This document shows, in pieces, positions 1-9,231 of a stretch of 57,269 nt of DNA (positions within the stretch are counted from its first letter, which is position 1; every line of letters starts with the position of its first letter). The position numbers and the translations under genes are program-made. Below the pieces are notes generated by a model that was not told where the DNA came from, did not search any database, and saw nothing but the letters and a program-made list of their open reading frames with translations. Source of the stretch: an uncultured Collinsella sp. (GTDB taxonomy: Bacteria > Actinomycetota > Coriobacteriia > Coriobacteriales > Coriobacteriaceae). The stretch lies in NCBI GenBank assembly GCA_959021215.1, contig CAUEUQ010000001.1:1-57269 (forward strand), written 5' to 3'.

Positions 1-90
1 AGCGACAAGTAAGAAAACAGAGAGATTAACGACAGTAAAAAGACGCCTCTCAAGAACTTGACTTCTTAGGGAAATCGTTTTTCCCGTCAT
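1..90 (-). CDS. 5' fragment of next EPS-operon gene (hydrophobic N-terminus, possibly polymerase/flippase); runs off window
   Basis: ATG at 90-88 overlaps the GT2 stop (ATGA); open frame MTGKTISLRSQVLERRLFTVVNLSVFLLVA to window edge. Confidence 0.6.
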   Translation of the reverse strand, partial: MTGKTISLRSQVLERRLFTVVNLSVFLLVA

Positions 91-1007
91 TCAACATCAC
101 CTCTAAGAGGAAACAAACAGGCGAAAGGCAAGGCGAGTAGAACAATCAGAGGATGGCAAGAACTGGATACAAGCGAACCTATACCACAGCCGGCATAACT
201 ACCGTACCGGAGATAATTAACAGCAGATCTCAGTTTCATCTTGATCGGAACGTGAGTCCCCAACGTGAAATCATCAATAAAAGAACGCCCTCTCGGATTT
301 TTCAGCATAACCTCCTTCATATTGGTCGTAAGACCATCTTCCAGATAGTCGCCGTAATACGTCGGCGTATTGAACCATCTAATCTTGAGATCCAATTCCG
401 ATATCGACTGCCATAGATAGAATTCAGAAAGATATCTTTCGCCTTCGAAACGCGGAAAAGGAAAACGCTTGATTAGTTCAGTGCGCACAATCTCTGCCCT
501 GTCGCCCGGCATCTTGTATTTGAACCTGAAATCACACGACGTAGAGTCTATGTACTCCTCGGTAAACCGTTCAACCGTCTTCTCATCCATGTCGCTCAAA
601 GACACGCCAGACTCCCCAAGAAGCAGTGAGCCGTCAGCGCGCGCGCGCACACCGGAAACGCCAGCAAAAGAATCGTCATCAGCGACTTGCGCGATATATC
701 GCAAGTTCACCTCAATGGAATCATCCGGTAGCCAATCATCGGAATCAACGATAAAAAACCATTCTCCACGAGCAAGGTTCACTCCCCGATTAATCGCTAC
801 ATGCTTGCCGGCATTTTCCTGCCTTTCGAAATGCATGGGGAATGTCGCATTTGCCTTAAGCTCTGCGAGCAAAGAAGTCGTCTCATCCGTGGATCCATCA
901 TCCACAACAACCCACTCAAAATCCTTGCAAGTCTGGCGTTGAAGCGAGTCGAACAGACGGGCTATCGAATAAGCCCTGTTGTAGGTGGGAGTGAATACTG
1001 TAATCAT
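87..1007 (-). CDS. Glycosyltransferase family 2
   Basis: MITVFTPTYNR, VVVDDGSTD, ENAGKHVAINRG, IVDSDD motifs. Confidence 0.93.
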   Translation of the reverse strand: MITVFTPTYNRAYSIARLFDSLQRQTCKDFEWVVVDDGSTDETTSLLAELKANATFPMHFERQENAGKHVAINRGVNLARGEWFFIVDSDDWLPDDSIEVNLRYIAQVADDDSFAGVSGVRARADGSLLLGESGVSLSDMDEKTVERFTEEYIDSTSCDFRFKYKMPGDRAEIVRTELIKRFPFPRFEGERYLSEFYLWQSISELDLKIRWFNTPTYYGDYLEDGLTTNMKEVMLKNPRGRSFIDDFTLGTHVPIKMKLRSAVNYLRYGSYAGCGIGSLVSSSCHPLIVLLALPFACLFPLRGDVE

Positions 1008-1753
1008 CGGGTATCACCCTTATATAACGTTAACGAGAGAATACGAGCGATCTTGCGTGCAATGAAATCGCCCACGTAGGGGGCACACTTGTTGATGAAG
1101 CCAATCCGAAACCGCTCACCGGCCGGCAACCAACTCGCGGTACTGACATGGGTGGAGTACGTGCGACTAGTACATTTAAACCCACCGAAGTCGAGCTTTG
1201 GACAGAAGTACTCACTCGGATAGACCCTAAAACCGTCATACTCCCATAGAGCGTCTACGCCCCACTGATAGCCATAGCGTTCAAGAACCTCACCGAAAAT
1301 GTGATTAACGGTATGGGAATACAGGAACTCAATGGAATCCACGAAATCAAGATTTCGGTAAGATTCAAGGACCTCGCCGATTAAGTCAGAGTGAGCCCCA
1401 GCCGAGAGCACTAGGCCGGGGTTCACTGCATGCGACTCATAGTCACATGCAGTGAACCCCGATTCTTTGACAAGCGGGTCGATTGACTTCAGAAGCTCAC
1501 TACCTATGTCCATATAGGTACCGCCGTTGTCGTAAACGACCTTGAAGCGCGCATAGTCGCTCACAAATGCCCATTTACCTGCCTTGTAAGCGTCCCGGGC
1601 ATAAGGGCACTCATCAACGTCAAAGTTCGATTCATCCCATCGGACAATCTCATAATCCGGCATAAGCTCCTGCCAGCGCTCAACGTTTGCCTGAGCTTTT
1701 TGCGGTAGGGGCTTTCCTCCGAACCAGCAGTAATGCAGCACCTTAGGCGTCAA
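1004..1753 (-). CDS. Glycosyltransferase family 32 / capsular polysaccharide synthesis protein
   Basis: PKVLHYCWFGG, WAFVSDYARF, GGTYMD motifs; TTG start at 1753 after GGAGG. Confidence 0.88.
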   Translation of the reverse strand: MTPKVLHYCWFGGKPLPQKAQANVERWQELMPDYEIVRWDESNFDVDECPYARDAYKAGKWAFVSDYARFKVVYDNGGTYMDIGSELLKSIDPLVKESGFTACDYESHAVNPGLVLSAGAHSDLIGEVLESYRNLDFVDSIEFLYSHTVNHIFGEVLERYGYQWGVDALWEYDGFRVYPSEYFCPKLDFGGFKCTSRTYSTHVSTASWLPAGERFRIGFINKCAPYVGDFIARKIARILSLTLYKGDTR

Positions 1754-2822
1754 CGGTTCCACCTCCAGCAAGCTCCTCATAAACACCTACAAGTTCAGAC
1801 ACGACAGCGCCGAGGTTGTAATTCTCGCGCACCATGTCGGCACCCGCCTTCGCAACGCGGGTGCGCTCGTTCTTATCGCGGCATAGTGTCACAATCGCCT
1901 CCACTAGGGCATCTATATCATCGACGGGAACGAAAACGCCGGTCTTACCGTCCTCCACGATGTCACGCACGCCGCCCACGGGGGTCACAACGACCGCTAA
2001 GCCGTTCGCCATGGCCTCCAAGAGCCCCATGGGGAAGGCCTCGTTCTTGGACGGCAGACAGTAGATTGCGCACATGTCCAGCAGCGCCTGCTTCTCCCGC
2101 GAGCCGACCCATCCCAAGATCGAGCACGCGTCCTCGCAGCCCAGCTCGGCAACAAGCGCCTTCGCACCCTCCACGTCGCCGTCCGCACCGAAATATGCTC
2201 GAATACCAGGCACGATCTCCCGCGCCCTAGAAATCGCGCGTATGAGTACGGTGGCGTTCTTGTTGTCATCGAAGTGTCCCAGAAACAGCACCGTGTTCGG
2301 CTCCTTGTGATCGTTTACATCCTCGGGGACGTGGATACCGTTGGGAATCGTAACGACATTGTCCGAACCTGATATCTCGGAGGAGAAGTACTCCTTCCAT
2401 GAGTCGGAAAGAGCGACCACTCTATCTACCGCCGAGAAAACCCTGCGGTAGTCCGACCTGGTCTTCTCGGGCGCATTCGCGTAGGTATCGCGAAAGAGGC
2501 CGTCGTGCACGTGCAGAATTGTCGGCACACCGGCATCGACACCTGCCATGGCGAAGAAACGCTCCCGGGCGAAGCTGTTGCCGCCGCCCATGTGGACGTG
2601 CAGCACGTCGAAGCCCCTCAAGTGTCGCTTAACCCACGCCAGGGCATAGACACCCTGCGCGAGCTTCTTAAGTTTGCTCCCCTTGCCTGTGCACGGCAGA
2701 AAGGTAATGTCGCAGCGGTCCTCGATGCCAGCCTTATAGTAGTCGTTGATGACGGTCGCGATACCGCCTTGCTCGTTGCGTGCGGGCCCCACCATGAGGA
2801 CCTTAGTGCGCCTCTGTATCAT
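1743..2822 (-). CDS. Glycosyltransferase family 4
   Basis: GGIATV, CLPSKNEAFPMGLLEAMA (GT-B EX7E); ATG 2822 overlaps upstream stop. Confidence 0.9.
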   Translation of the reverse strand: MIQRRTKVLMVGPARNEQGGIATVINDYYKAGIEDRCDITFLPCTGKGSKLKKLAQGVYALAWVKRHLRGFDVLHVHMGGGNSFARERFFAMAGVDAGVPTILHVHDGLFRDTYANAPEKTRSDYRRVFSAVDRVVALSDSWKEYFSSEISGSDNVVTIPNGIHVPEDVNDHKEPNTVLFLGHFDDNKNATVLIRAISRAREIVPGIRAYFGADGDVEGAKALVAELGCEDACSILGWVGSREKQALLDMCAIYCLPSKNEAFPMGLLEAMANGLAVVVTPVGGVRDIVEDGKTGVFVPVDDIDALVEAIVTLCRDKNERTRVAKAGADMVRENYNLGAVVSELVGVYEELAGGGTVDA

Positions 2823-3925
2823 CGGCCACCACCCCGGTAGGCCATGGCAATCGTTGCGAAGCACGCCTCCCTGTCGAAGCCGGCGGCGCGCATCTTTTCC
2901 GCATACGAAGGGCGCTCTTCAATACGATACCTATCGATACCCTCGGCGATACGCCGCGCCCAGGTGGAAGGCGCCTCGTCGGTGGGCGCGAATAAGATTC
3001 TGTCAGTGATGGACAACTCGCGAGGAAGCACGTCGGAGCCGTATATGGGAAGACCTTCAGCCTGCCCTTCGATGCCAACGAAGGGCAGGCCCTCAAAGAG
3101 GGAGGGCAATAGCAGTGCGTCGAAAGCCGAATAGTAGGCGTCGCTTTCCGAGGTCCTCGATACCTTTATGAGCGAGCTGCCCAGACCGAGTCGCTCGGCC
3201 TCAGCATCACGTTCGACCTCCATGTCGCCGCTGCCAACCATGCAGAAGCGAGCCCCGGGAACGAGCTTGCGCAGCTCGGAGAACACCTGAAGCTGGTAAA
3301 GCGGATTCTTCTGCAGGGCTATGCGGCCGATGCTACCAAGCAGGAACTCGCCGTCAGCCACGCCGAGCTCGCCGCGTATGTTTGCGCGCTTCTGCTCAGA
3401 GAAGGCGAACCTAACGAGATCAATACCATTAAAGTAGACGTTAAACGGTTGTTTGCCAAATAGATATTCGCCAGCGTTCGCCGAGCAGGCCCACAAATCG
3501 GTCGGCGCGTCTGAAAAGAGCGACGCACAGGCTGCGCCCACGGCCCTCTTCAACGGGTTACCAGAAATCTCGGCCCCCGCGTTGTGCGAGTGGATTATGC
3601 GACGGGGGATCCCCGCTTTCTTTGCAATGTCAGCAAGGAAGAAGGCACTGCCGTTGCTTGCTTGGATGTGCACGACGTCGTAATGACCCTCCCGCATGAC
3701 CGAAGCTATAGAGGAGCTTTGAGCGAACATGTCCTGCACGCGTTCGGAACTCAGAACCGGCCCGATCTTGATGCAGGCAGCATCGGAGTCGACGCGGGTG
3801 GTGAGAGACATTATCGCGTAGTCGATTGAACCCGAGGTCTCAGACACCAGCTGCTCGAGAAAGTTCTCAACGCCACCGTCCGGGTACCAACGGTTCACTA
3901 GGAGAAGCACGCGTATCTTACCCAC
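2819..3925 (-). CDS. Glycosyltransferase family 4 (EpsF-like)
   Basis: GGVE, IIHSHN, GRIALQKN, LPSLFEGLPFVGIEGQ; start GTG 3925 or 3934. Confidence 0.88.
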   Translation of the reverse strand: MGKIRVLLLVNRWYPDGGVENFLEQLVSETSGSIDYAIMSLTTRVDSDAACIKIGPVLSSERVQDMFAQSSSIASVMREGHYDVVHIQASNGSAFFLADIAKKAGIPRRIIHSHNAGAEISGNPLKRAVGAACASLFSDAPTDLWACSANAGEYLFGKQPFNVYFNGIDLVRFAFSEQKRANIRGELGVADGEFLLGSIGRIALQKNPLYQLQVFSELRKLVPGARFCMVGSGDMEVERDAEAERLGLGSSLIKVSRTSESDAYYSAFDALLLPSLFEGLPFVGIEGQAEGLPIYGSDVLPRELSITDRILFAPTDEAPSTWARRIAEGIDRYRIEERPSYAEKMRAAGFDREACFATIAMAYRGGGR

Positions 3926-5033
3926 GGTATTCACCGTCCGCCAGTACGTCCGCGATCCGCTCGCTCGCATGCCCGTCACCATAGGGGTTCGAGGCGCGGC
4001 TCATAGCCTCGTACTCAGCCTGATCGGAGAGAAGGCAACTGAACTCACGGTAGATGACGTCCTCCTCGGTGCCGACGAGCTTCAGCGTGCCGGCGGCCAC
4101 GCCCTCGGGGCGCTCAGTTGTGTCGCGCATCACGAGCACCGGCTTGCCCAGGCTAGGCGCCTCCTCCTGGATGCCGCCAGAGTCGGTGAGGATGAGGTGG
4201 CTCGCGGCCATGAAGTTGTGGAAGTCGAGCACCTCGAGCGGGTCGATGATGTGCAGACGGTCGAAGCCGTCCAACTCCTCGTGCGCCGCCTTGCGGACGA
4301 GCGGGTTCATGTGGATGGGGTAGATCGCCTTGGTGTCGGGATGCTCCTCCATAACGCGGCGGATGGCGCGGAACATGCGGTGCATTGGCTCTCCCAGGTT
4401 CTCGCGGCGGTGCGCCGTGATGAGGATGAGGCGCGAGCCATCCGCCCACTCGAGCTCGGGGTGGGTATAGCCATCGCGAACGGTGGTGCGCAGGGCGTCG
4501 ATGCCGGTGTTGCCGGTGACCCAGATCCTGGACTCAGGCTTGCCCTCGTCGAGCAGGTTCTGCTTGCTCGCCTCCGTGGGGGCGAAGTAGTACTCGCTCA
4601 CGATGTCGACCGCCTGGCGGTTGAACTCCTCCGGCCAGGGACTGTAGATGTCGTGCGTGCGCAGCCCCGCCTCGACGTGGCCCACGGGGATCTGAAGGTA
4701 GAAGCACGCGAGGGCCGCCGCAAAGCTGGTCGTGGTGTCGCCGTGAACCAGAACCACGTCGGGTTTCTCGTCCTCGAGGACCGCCTTGAGCTTGAGCAGA
4801 ACGTCGCACGTAACGTCAAACAGTGTCTGGCCCGGCTTCATGATCGCAAGGTCGTGGTCGGGAGTCACGCCGAAGACGCGCAGCACCTGGTCGAGCATCT
4901 CGCGGTGCTGCCCCGTCACGGTCACGACGGTCTCGAACTCATCCGTGCGTGCCTTCAGCTCGTTGACGAGCGGACACATCTTGATCGCCTCCGGGCGGGT
5001 GCCGAAGACGAGCATTACTTTCTTCTTAGACAT
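3918..5033 (-). CDS. wecB: UDP-N-acetylglucosamine 2-epimerase (non-hydrolysing)
   Basis: FGTRPEAIKM, HGDTTT, HVEAGLRT, TDSGGIQEEAP. Confidence 0.96.
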   Translation of the reverse strand: MSKKKVMLVFGTRPEAIKMCPLVNELKARTDEFETVVTVTGQHREMLDQVLRVFGVTPDHDLAIMKPGQTLFDVTCDVLLKLKAVLEDEKPDVVLVHGDTTTSFAAALACFYLQIPVGHVEAGLRTHDIYSPWPEEFNRQAVDIVSEYYFAPTEASKQNLLDEGKPESRIWVTGNTGIDALRTTVRDGYTHPELEWADGSRLILITAHRRENLGEPMHRMFRAIRRVMEEHPDTKAIYPIHMNPLVRKAAHEELDGFDRLHIIDPLEVLDFHNFMAASHLILTDSGGIQEEAPSLGKPVLVMRDTTERPEGVAAGTLKLVGTEEDVIYREFSCLLSDQAEYEAMSRASNPYGDGHASERIADVLADGEYRG

Positions 5034-5832
5034 TGGCCTTGCTCCTCTTTGACTCCTTGCGGAGAAGCATGTAGAAACGGGTGTTACCGACTAGATAGCG
5101 CTTCACCAGGCGCTTAGGCTCCTGCATCATGCGGAAGAGCCACTCCAGGTTCGCGCGCTGCATCCACATCGGGGCTCGCGGGATGTTGCCGGAGACAACG
5201 TCGAACGAGCCGCCCACGCCCACGAATGCGCCCATTGCGCCCAGCTCGCGGAAACGCTCGATCAGGCGCTCCTTCTTGGGCGAGGTAATGCCTACGAAAA
5301 CGATGTCGGGTTTAGTCTGCTCAACCTCGGCTATCACGGCGTCGAACTCGTCGTCGCCGAAGTAGCCGTCACGGTAGCCAGCGAGGACAATGTTGGGATA
5401 CCTCTCGGACAGTACCCCTGCGGTTTTTGCGACCACCTCGGCCTTGGCGCCCAGCAGGTAGACCCTGTGCCCCTCGCGCTCAGCCAGTCCGCACAACTCC
5501 CACATGAGGTCGATTCCGGCCACGCGCCCGGGCAGGTCCACGCCCAGCTTCCTGGCGGCCATGACCATGGACGCGCCATCGGCATTCACGATTTCGCATC
5601 GGCGCACGCATGCGTCCATCTCTGGATCGTCGCGCATCTGCAGCAGCTTGTCGGCGTTCACGCCGATTAGGTGGGCGAAGCGCCCCTCCTTGATGAGGGC
5701 GTCGGTCGCCTCGACGGTCTGCTCCATCGTCCATGGGTCGACGGGTGCGCCCAGGATTTCAATTCGCCCGGGAAGAACAGCCCTTGAACTGGCGTCTTCG
5801 TGTTTCACTCTTGTCTCTTTAGCAAGCGCCAT
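5026..5832 (-). CDS. WecG/TagA/CpsF-family glycosyltransferase (ManNAc-type transferase)
   Basis: RVAGIDL, FVGITSPKKE, GVGGSFDV, RAPMWMQRANLEWLFR..QEPKRL. Confidence 0.93.
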   Translation of the reverse strand: MALAKETRVKHEDASSRAVLPGRIEILGAPVDPWTMEQTVEATDALIKEGRFAHLIGVNADKLLQMRDDPEMDACVRRCEIVNADGASMVMAARKLGVDLPGRVAGIDLMWELCGLAEREGHRVYLLGAKAEVVAKTAGVLSERYPNIVLAGYRDGYFGDDEFDAVIAEVEQTKPDIVFVGITSPKKERLIERFRELGAMGAFVGVGGSFDVVSGNIPRAPMWMQRANLEWLFRMMQEPKRLVKRYLVGNTRFYMLLRKESKRSKANV

Positions 5833-6580
5833 TTCCGCTGACAACCTCAATCACTGTGAGTAGGATTATTTTCAAATCGAAGAAAGCGCCTCGTTTGGCG
5901 ATATATTCAAGGTCACGACGGACCATTCCGTCGAATCCCGTCGAGTTGCGCTCAGTGACCTGCCACCAGCCGGTAATGCCTGGTTTTACTGCCAGACGCT
6001 GCAGGTCGTACTCGGTGTACTCCGCAACCTCGTTGGGCAGCGGCGGGCGCGGGCCCACGACAGACATCTGGCCCAAGAACACGTTGAGGAACTGCGGGAA
6101 CTCGTCGATGGAGTGCTTGCGGATGAACCGGCCGATCCTGGTGACGCGCGGGTCCTCCTTCATCTTGAACATGGCGCCGGCGATCTCGTTCTGTTCCTTG
6201 AGCTCCACCAGGCGCTCGTCGGCGTCCTTGTACATGCTTCGGAACTTCCACATGCGGAAAGTAGTCAAGCTGCCGTCGGGTCGAGTCTGGCCCACGCGGA
6301 TCTGGCTGTAGAAGGGGCTGCCCTCGCTCTCCAGGCGGATGAGCGCCGCGAGCACCAGACTGGGGATCGCGATAGCGACGAGCGCGGCACCGCTGAATAC
6401 GATGTCGAATGTGCGCTTGACGGCCCTGTAGGCCAGGCGCGAGCGGTCCCAGTCCATGATGGATTGCATGGCCTTGTAGCGACCAACGCCTTCACGCCGG
6501 TCCATGGCCTGAGCGATGAGCGCTGCCCCCGCGGGCGCATCCTTTGCATATTGAGGTTTATCCAACACGTTCTCTTCCAA
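5819..6580 (-). CDS. Priming sugar-phosphate transferase (bacterial sugar transferase family)
   Basis: KRTFDI, KFRSM, DPRVTRIGRFIRKHSIDEFPQ, MSVVGPRP, KPGITGWWQ; exact start uncertain. Confidence 0.93.
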   Translation of the reverse strand: MEENVLDKPQYAKDAPAGAALIAQAMDRREGVGRYKAMQSIMDWDRSRLAYRAVKRTFDIVFSGAALVAIAIPSLVLAALIRLESEGSPFYSQIRVGQTRPDGSLTTFRMWKFRSMYKDADERLVELKEQNEIAGAMFKMKEDPRVTRIGRFIRKHSIDEFPQFLNVFLGQMSVVGPRPPLPNEVAEYTEYDLQRLAVKPGITGWWQVTERNSTGFDGMVRRDLEYIAKRGAFFDLKIILLTVIEVVSGNGAC

Positions 6581-6634
6581 TACTTCGTCCCCGGGTCGGG
6601 GATACTCCCTGTTCTGCGTAGCGACCGCACGCAG

Positions 6635-7180
6635 CTAGGCGATCGCCTTTTTAAGGTTGCGCATCACACGCTGCTCGTTGGAAAGCACCGCGAGGCCAAC
6701 GCGGGTGGTTACGCGTCGACCGCACAGGTCGAGCTCCAAATAAGCAGTGCTCTTGCGTCTGTTAATTGTTTTGATAAGGCCTTCGTGGCCCAGCAGCGGA
6801 CCTGCCGTAACTACGACCTGGTCACCGTCTTTTAGGGCCTCGCTCATGGGCACTACGCGGTCTCCCCTATGCGTAAAGCCGCCAATAAGCTGGACCTCTT
6901 CTTTTGCCAGCGGCACAAACTGACCGTCCTGGGAAAGCACCCGGGCAAAGTCGTCCATGCGTAGCAGATACTGTTGCACAGTTTGAGGGTCTGCCGTATC
7001 GCAGATGAGATAACCGGGAAAGAGCGGCTTGGTCGTCTTGACCCATTCGCCGTGTACCTTGATCTCGGTTTGATATTGGGGATAAAAGAGCTCTTGCATG
7101 GCACCAACCGGCACCATGCGCTCAATGCGCTCGCGCATTACGTCTTCGCGACCGTTAATGACCTGGATCACATACCACAC
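6635..7180 (-). CDS. loaP: NusG-family transcription antiterminator, LoaP-like
   Basis: WYVIQV..GRE, LFPGYL NGN domain; KOW GDQVVVTAGPLLGHEG; basic NRRK; first gene of polysaccharide operon; GTG 7180 after AAGGGGG. Confidence 0.8.
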   Translation of the reverse strand: MWYVIQVINGREDVMRERIERMVPVGAMQELFYPQYQTEIKVHGEWVKTTKPLFPGYLICDTADPQTVQQYLLRMDDFARVLSQDGQFVPLAKEEVQLIGGFTHRGDRVVPMSEALKDGDQVVVTAGPLLGHEGLIKTINRRKSTAYLELDLCGRRVTTRVGLAVLSNEQRVMRNLKKAIA

Positions 7181-7572
7181 GAGCACCACCCCCTTGCTGT
7201 CTTACGTGTGGCTCACGAGGTTTGTGTATGGCTTCGCCAGGGCGCTTGTGCGCGAAGGCGCTCCATATTCAAACCCTGAGCCCAGTTAGACAAGCACGTG
7301 GCTCTGCCCCACCGTGAACGGTATGTATAAAAGCAGCGCTGAGATTGCAGGCGTGTATAACAAATTAACCTACAACCTCAGCTGGCTGCGTGCGAACCAG
7401 TCAAGCAAGTAAAAAACTAAACCGCACACAAACAGCTGAGGACTGCTACGTTTAGCATATTATTGGAGCTCGTGGCTTTTCTGGCACCGCCGTTACGGCC
7501 GGATGCTGATCGACCCTGCGCTTTGTGGTTTAGTGGAACCTGCGGCACAGTTGAACTCATGTGATTTGAAGT

Positions 7573-7601
7573 ATCCTAGCACAAGGGTTTATAGGAATCA
7601 A
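7573..7601 (-). promoter_or_regulatory. Housekeeping-sigma promoter of loaP/EPS operon
   Basis: Minus strand TTGATT-N17-TAGGAT with TG extended -10. Confidence 0.6.
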
Positions 7602-7687
7602 TTTAGGTAGTACTGGACAACATATCTATTTACAAAAATAGCGGGTTATTGCGCAACTTTTTTGGGTGCAGCTTGTTGGGGAGCTTG

Positions 7688-7719
7688 AAAATAAAAAAGC
7701 CACTCAATCGAGTGACTTT
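7688..7719 (-). terminator. Intrinsic terminator after tRNA-Ala
   Basis: AAAGTCACTC-GATT-GAGTGGCTTT then TTTATTTT on minus strand. Confidence 0.8.
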
Positions 7720-7729
7720 AAATTCACGA

Positions 7730-7805
7730 TGGTGGAGACGAGGGGGATCGAACCCCTGACCTCTTGACTGCCAGTCAAGCGCTCTCCCAGCTGAGCTACG
7801 CCCCC
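7730..7805 (-). tRNA. tRNA-Ala (GGC)
   Basis: GGGGGCGTAGCTCAGCTGGGAGAGCG, anticodon arm CTTGA-CTGGCAG-TCAAG, TTCGA T-loop, G3-U70, CCA end. Confidence 0.97.
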
Positions 7806-7818
7806 GTGACGGAGTGAT

Positions 7819-7847
7819 ACTATAGGGGAAAGTCGCAGGTGTTGCAA
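7819..7847 (-). promoter_or_regulatory. tRNA promoter
   Basis: Minus strand TTGCAA-N17-TATAGT. Confidence 0.75.
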
Positions 7848-7887
7848 GAGGGAATTTTGAGTTTGTTGCTCTGCTTAGGGGTTTTCC

Positions 7888-8532
7888 TCACGCACGGTAT
7901 AAATAACCGATTGCTACTCCCTGGTGGACGGTTATTGTTGCTGTCCTTCTTACGACGTTGCTGATGCCGGTGTCGGCTAGTAAACCCAAGAAGGCGTGGT
8001 CTAGTTCCCACTCTAGGCCATGCTCGCTGACTACGGTGTTGGGGGCTATAGCGATAATGGAGAAGGTTTTGCCCTCGGAGCCCTCGATGGTCCACGATTC
8101 ACCTGCGTGAAGAATACGGGCGACAACCTTGTCTTCCTCGACCCAGACGGGAGCATCCTCGTAACCGGCAAGCAAACCCAACACGCTCAGTGCCATGTCG
8201 GGGCGGCCGCCGGAGGCACAGGTCGCAATCACCTCGGCACCCGGCCAGCGGCGTCGGACGAAATCGAGCGCCAGCGCCAGGTCGGTATAGTCTTTGTAGG
8301 GGTCGTGACGCTCAACTTCAAAGTCGGTGGCGGCATCGACCAACGCACGACCGGCGTCGCTCACCGTGTCGGCGTCACCGACATAGACATCGCAGCCCAA
8401 GCCGGCGCCCAGCAGCGCATCGAGTCCGCGGTCCACGGCGACAACGTGATCGCACTCTCCCGCTAGCCTACGCAACAGATCCGCGCTCGCCACCACCGGC
8501 GAGCCGCAGACAACTAATACCTTGCAAGCCAC
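7888..8532 (-). CDS. thiN: Thiamine diphosphokinase
   Basis: VAVDRG, VGDADT, KDYTDL, GGRPDM, GLEWEL..GISN. Confidence 0.88.
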   Translation of the reverse strand: MACKVLVVCGSPVVASADLLRRLAGECDHVVAVDRGLDALLGAGLGCDVYVGDADTVSDAGRALVDAATDFEVERHDPYKDYTDLALALDFVRRRWPGAEVIATCASGGRPDMALSVLGLLAGYEDAPVWVEEDKVVARILHAGESWTIEGSEGKTFSIIAIAPNTVVSEHGLEWELDHAFLGLLADTGISNVVRRTATITVHQGVAIGYLYRA

Positions 8533-8541
8533 AGCCCTCGC

Positions 8542-9231
8542 CTACCCCTCAAACGCCAGCACGCGATCCAGATCCAGCTCCTCATAGCTGTCGATAAAGA
8601 TATCGCAGTTGGCGCGTACGTCGTCGCGCTTCATGCGGCCGTGCGGATCATAGATCCCCACGCGCTTAAAGCCTGCGGTGCCAGAGCTCTTTAGACCAAA
8701 AACGGCGTCCTCAAACGCCCATGCGCGCTCAAATTTACACCCGTGGCTCTCCTCCAGGCGGCGCAGCGCCAGTTCGTATACATCGGGGAACTGCTTGGAG
8801 CGTCCCGCCTCGCCCGTCGTGGTAACAAACTCCATGTAAGCATCGAGCCCGGCACCAGCGAGCGCGGACTGTACCAGCTCGGCCGGCGTGGACGTGGCCA
8901 CGCACATGGCAATGCCCGCCGCCTTCGCCTGCTCCAAAAATGCCAGGAGCCCCTCGCGCGGCGGCACCTTGGAGTAGCCATCGATCAGGATGTCGCTCAG
9001 CTCGCGGTAAAGCTCCTCGCCATTCGCGCCAATATCCCAGGTGTCGTGGTAGGCCTGACACTCATCCTCCAGCGACAAATGCTCAAACTGGGCAAAATCG
9101 TCAACGGTCACGTCGACACCGTGGCGGTGCAATAACTCGGGCTGGGCATAGGCCCAAACGGGGGTGCTATTAACCAGTGTGCCGTCGCAATCGAAAATAA
9201 AAGCAACCTTGGGAGCGGCGGTATGGGACAT
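8542..9231 (-). CDS. HAD-family phosphatase
   Basis: FDCDGTL motif I, VATS, K.FPDVY, FEDA..G. Confidence 0.9.
   Translation of the reverse strand: MSHTAAPKVAFIFDCDGTLVNSTPVWAYAQPELLHRHGVDVTVDDFAQFEHLSLEDECQAYHDTWDIGANGEELYRELSDILIDGYSKVPPREGLLAFLEQAKAAGIAMCVATSTPAELVQSALAGAGLDAYMEFVTTTGEAGRSKQFPDVYELALRRLEESHGCKFERAWAFEDAVFGLKSSGTAGFKRVGIYDPHGRMKRDDVRANCDIFIDSYEELDLDRVLAFEG

Noticed and set aside
7620..7805. tRNA-Ala as an integration site for the EPS locus
   Set aside because: No integrase and no duplicated tRNA 3' end in the window; the native terminator is intact
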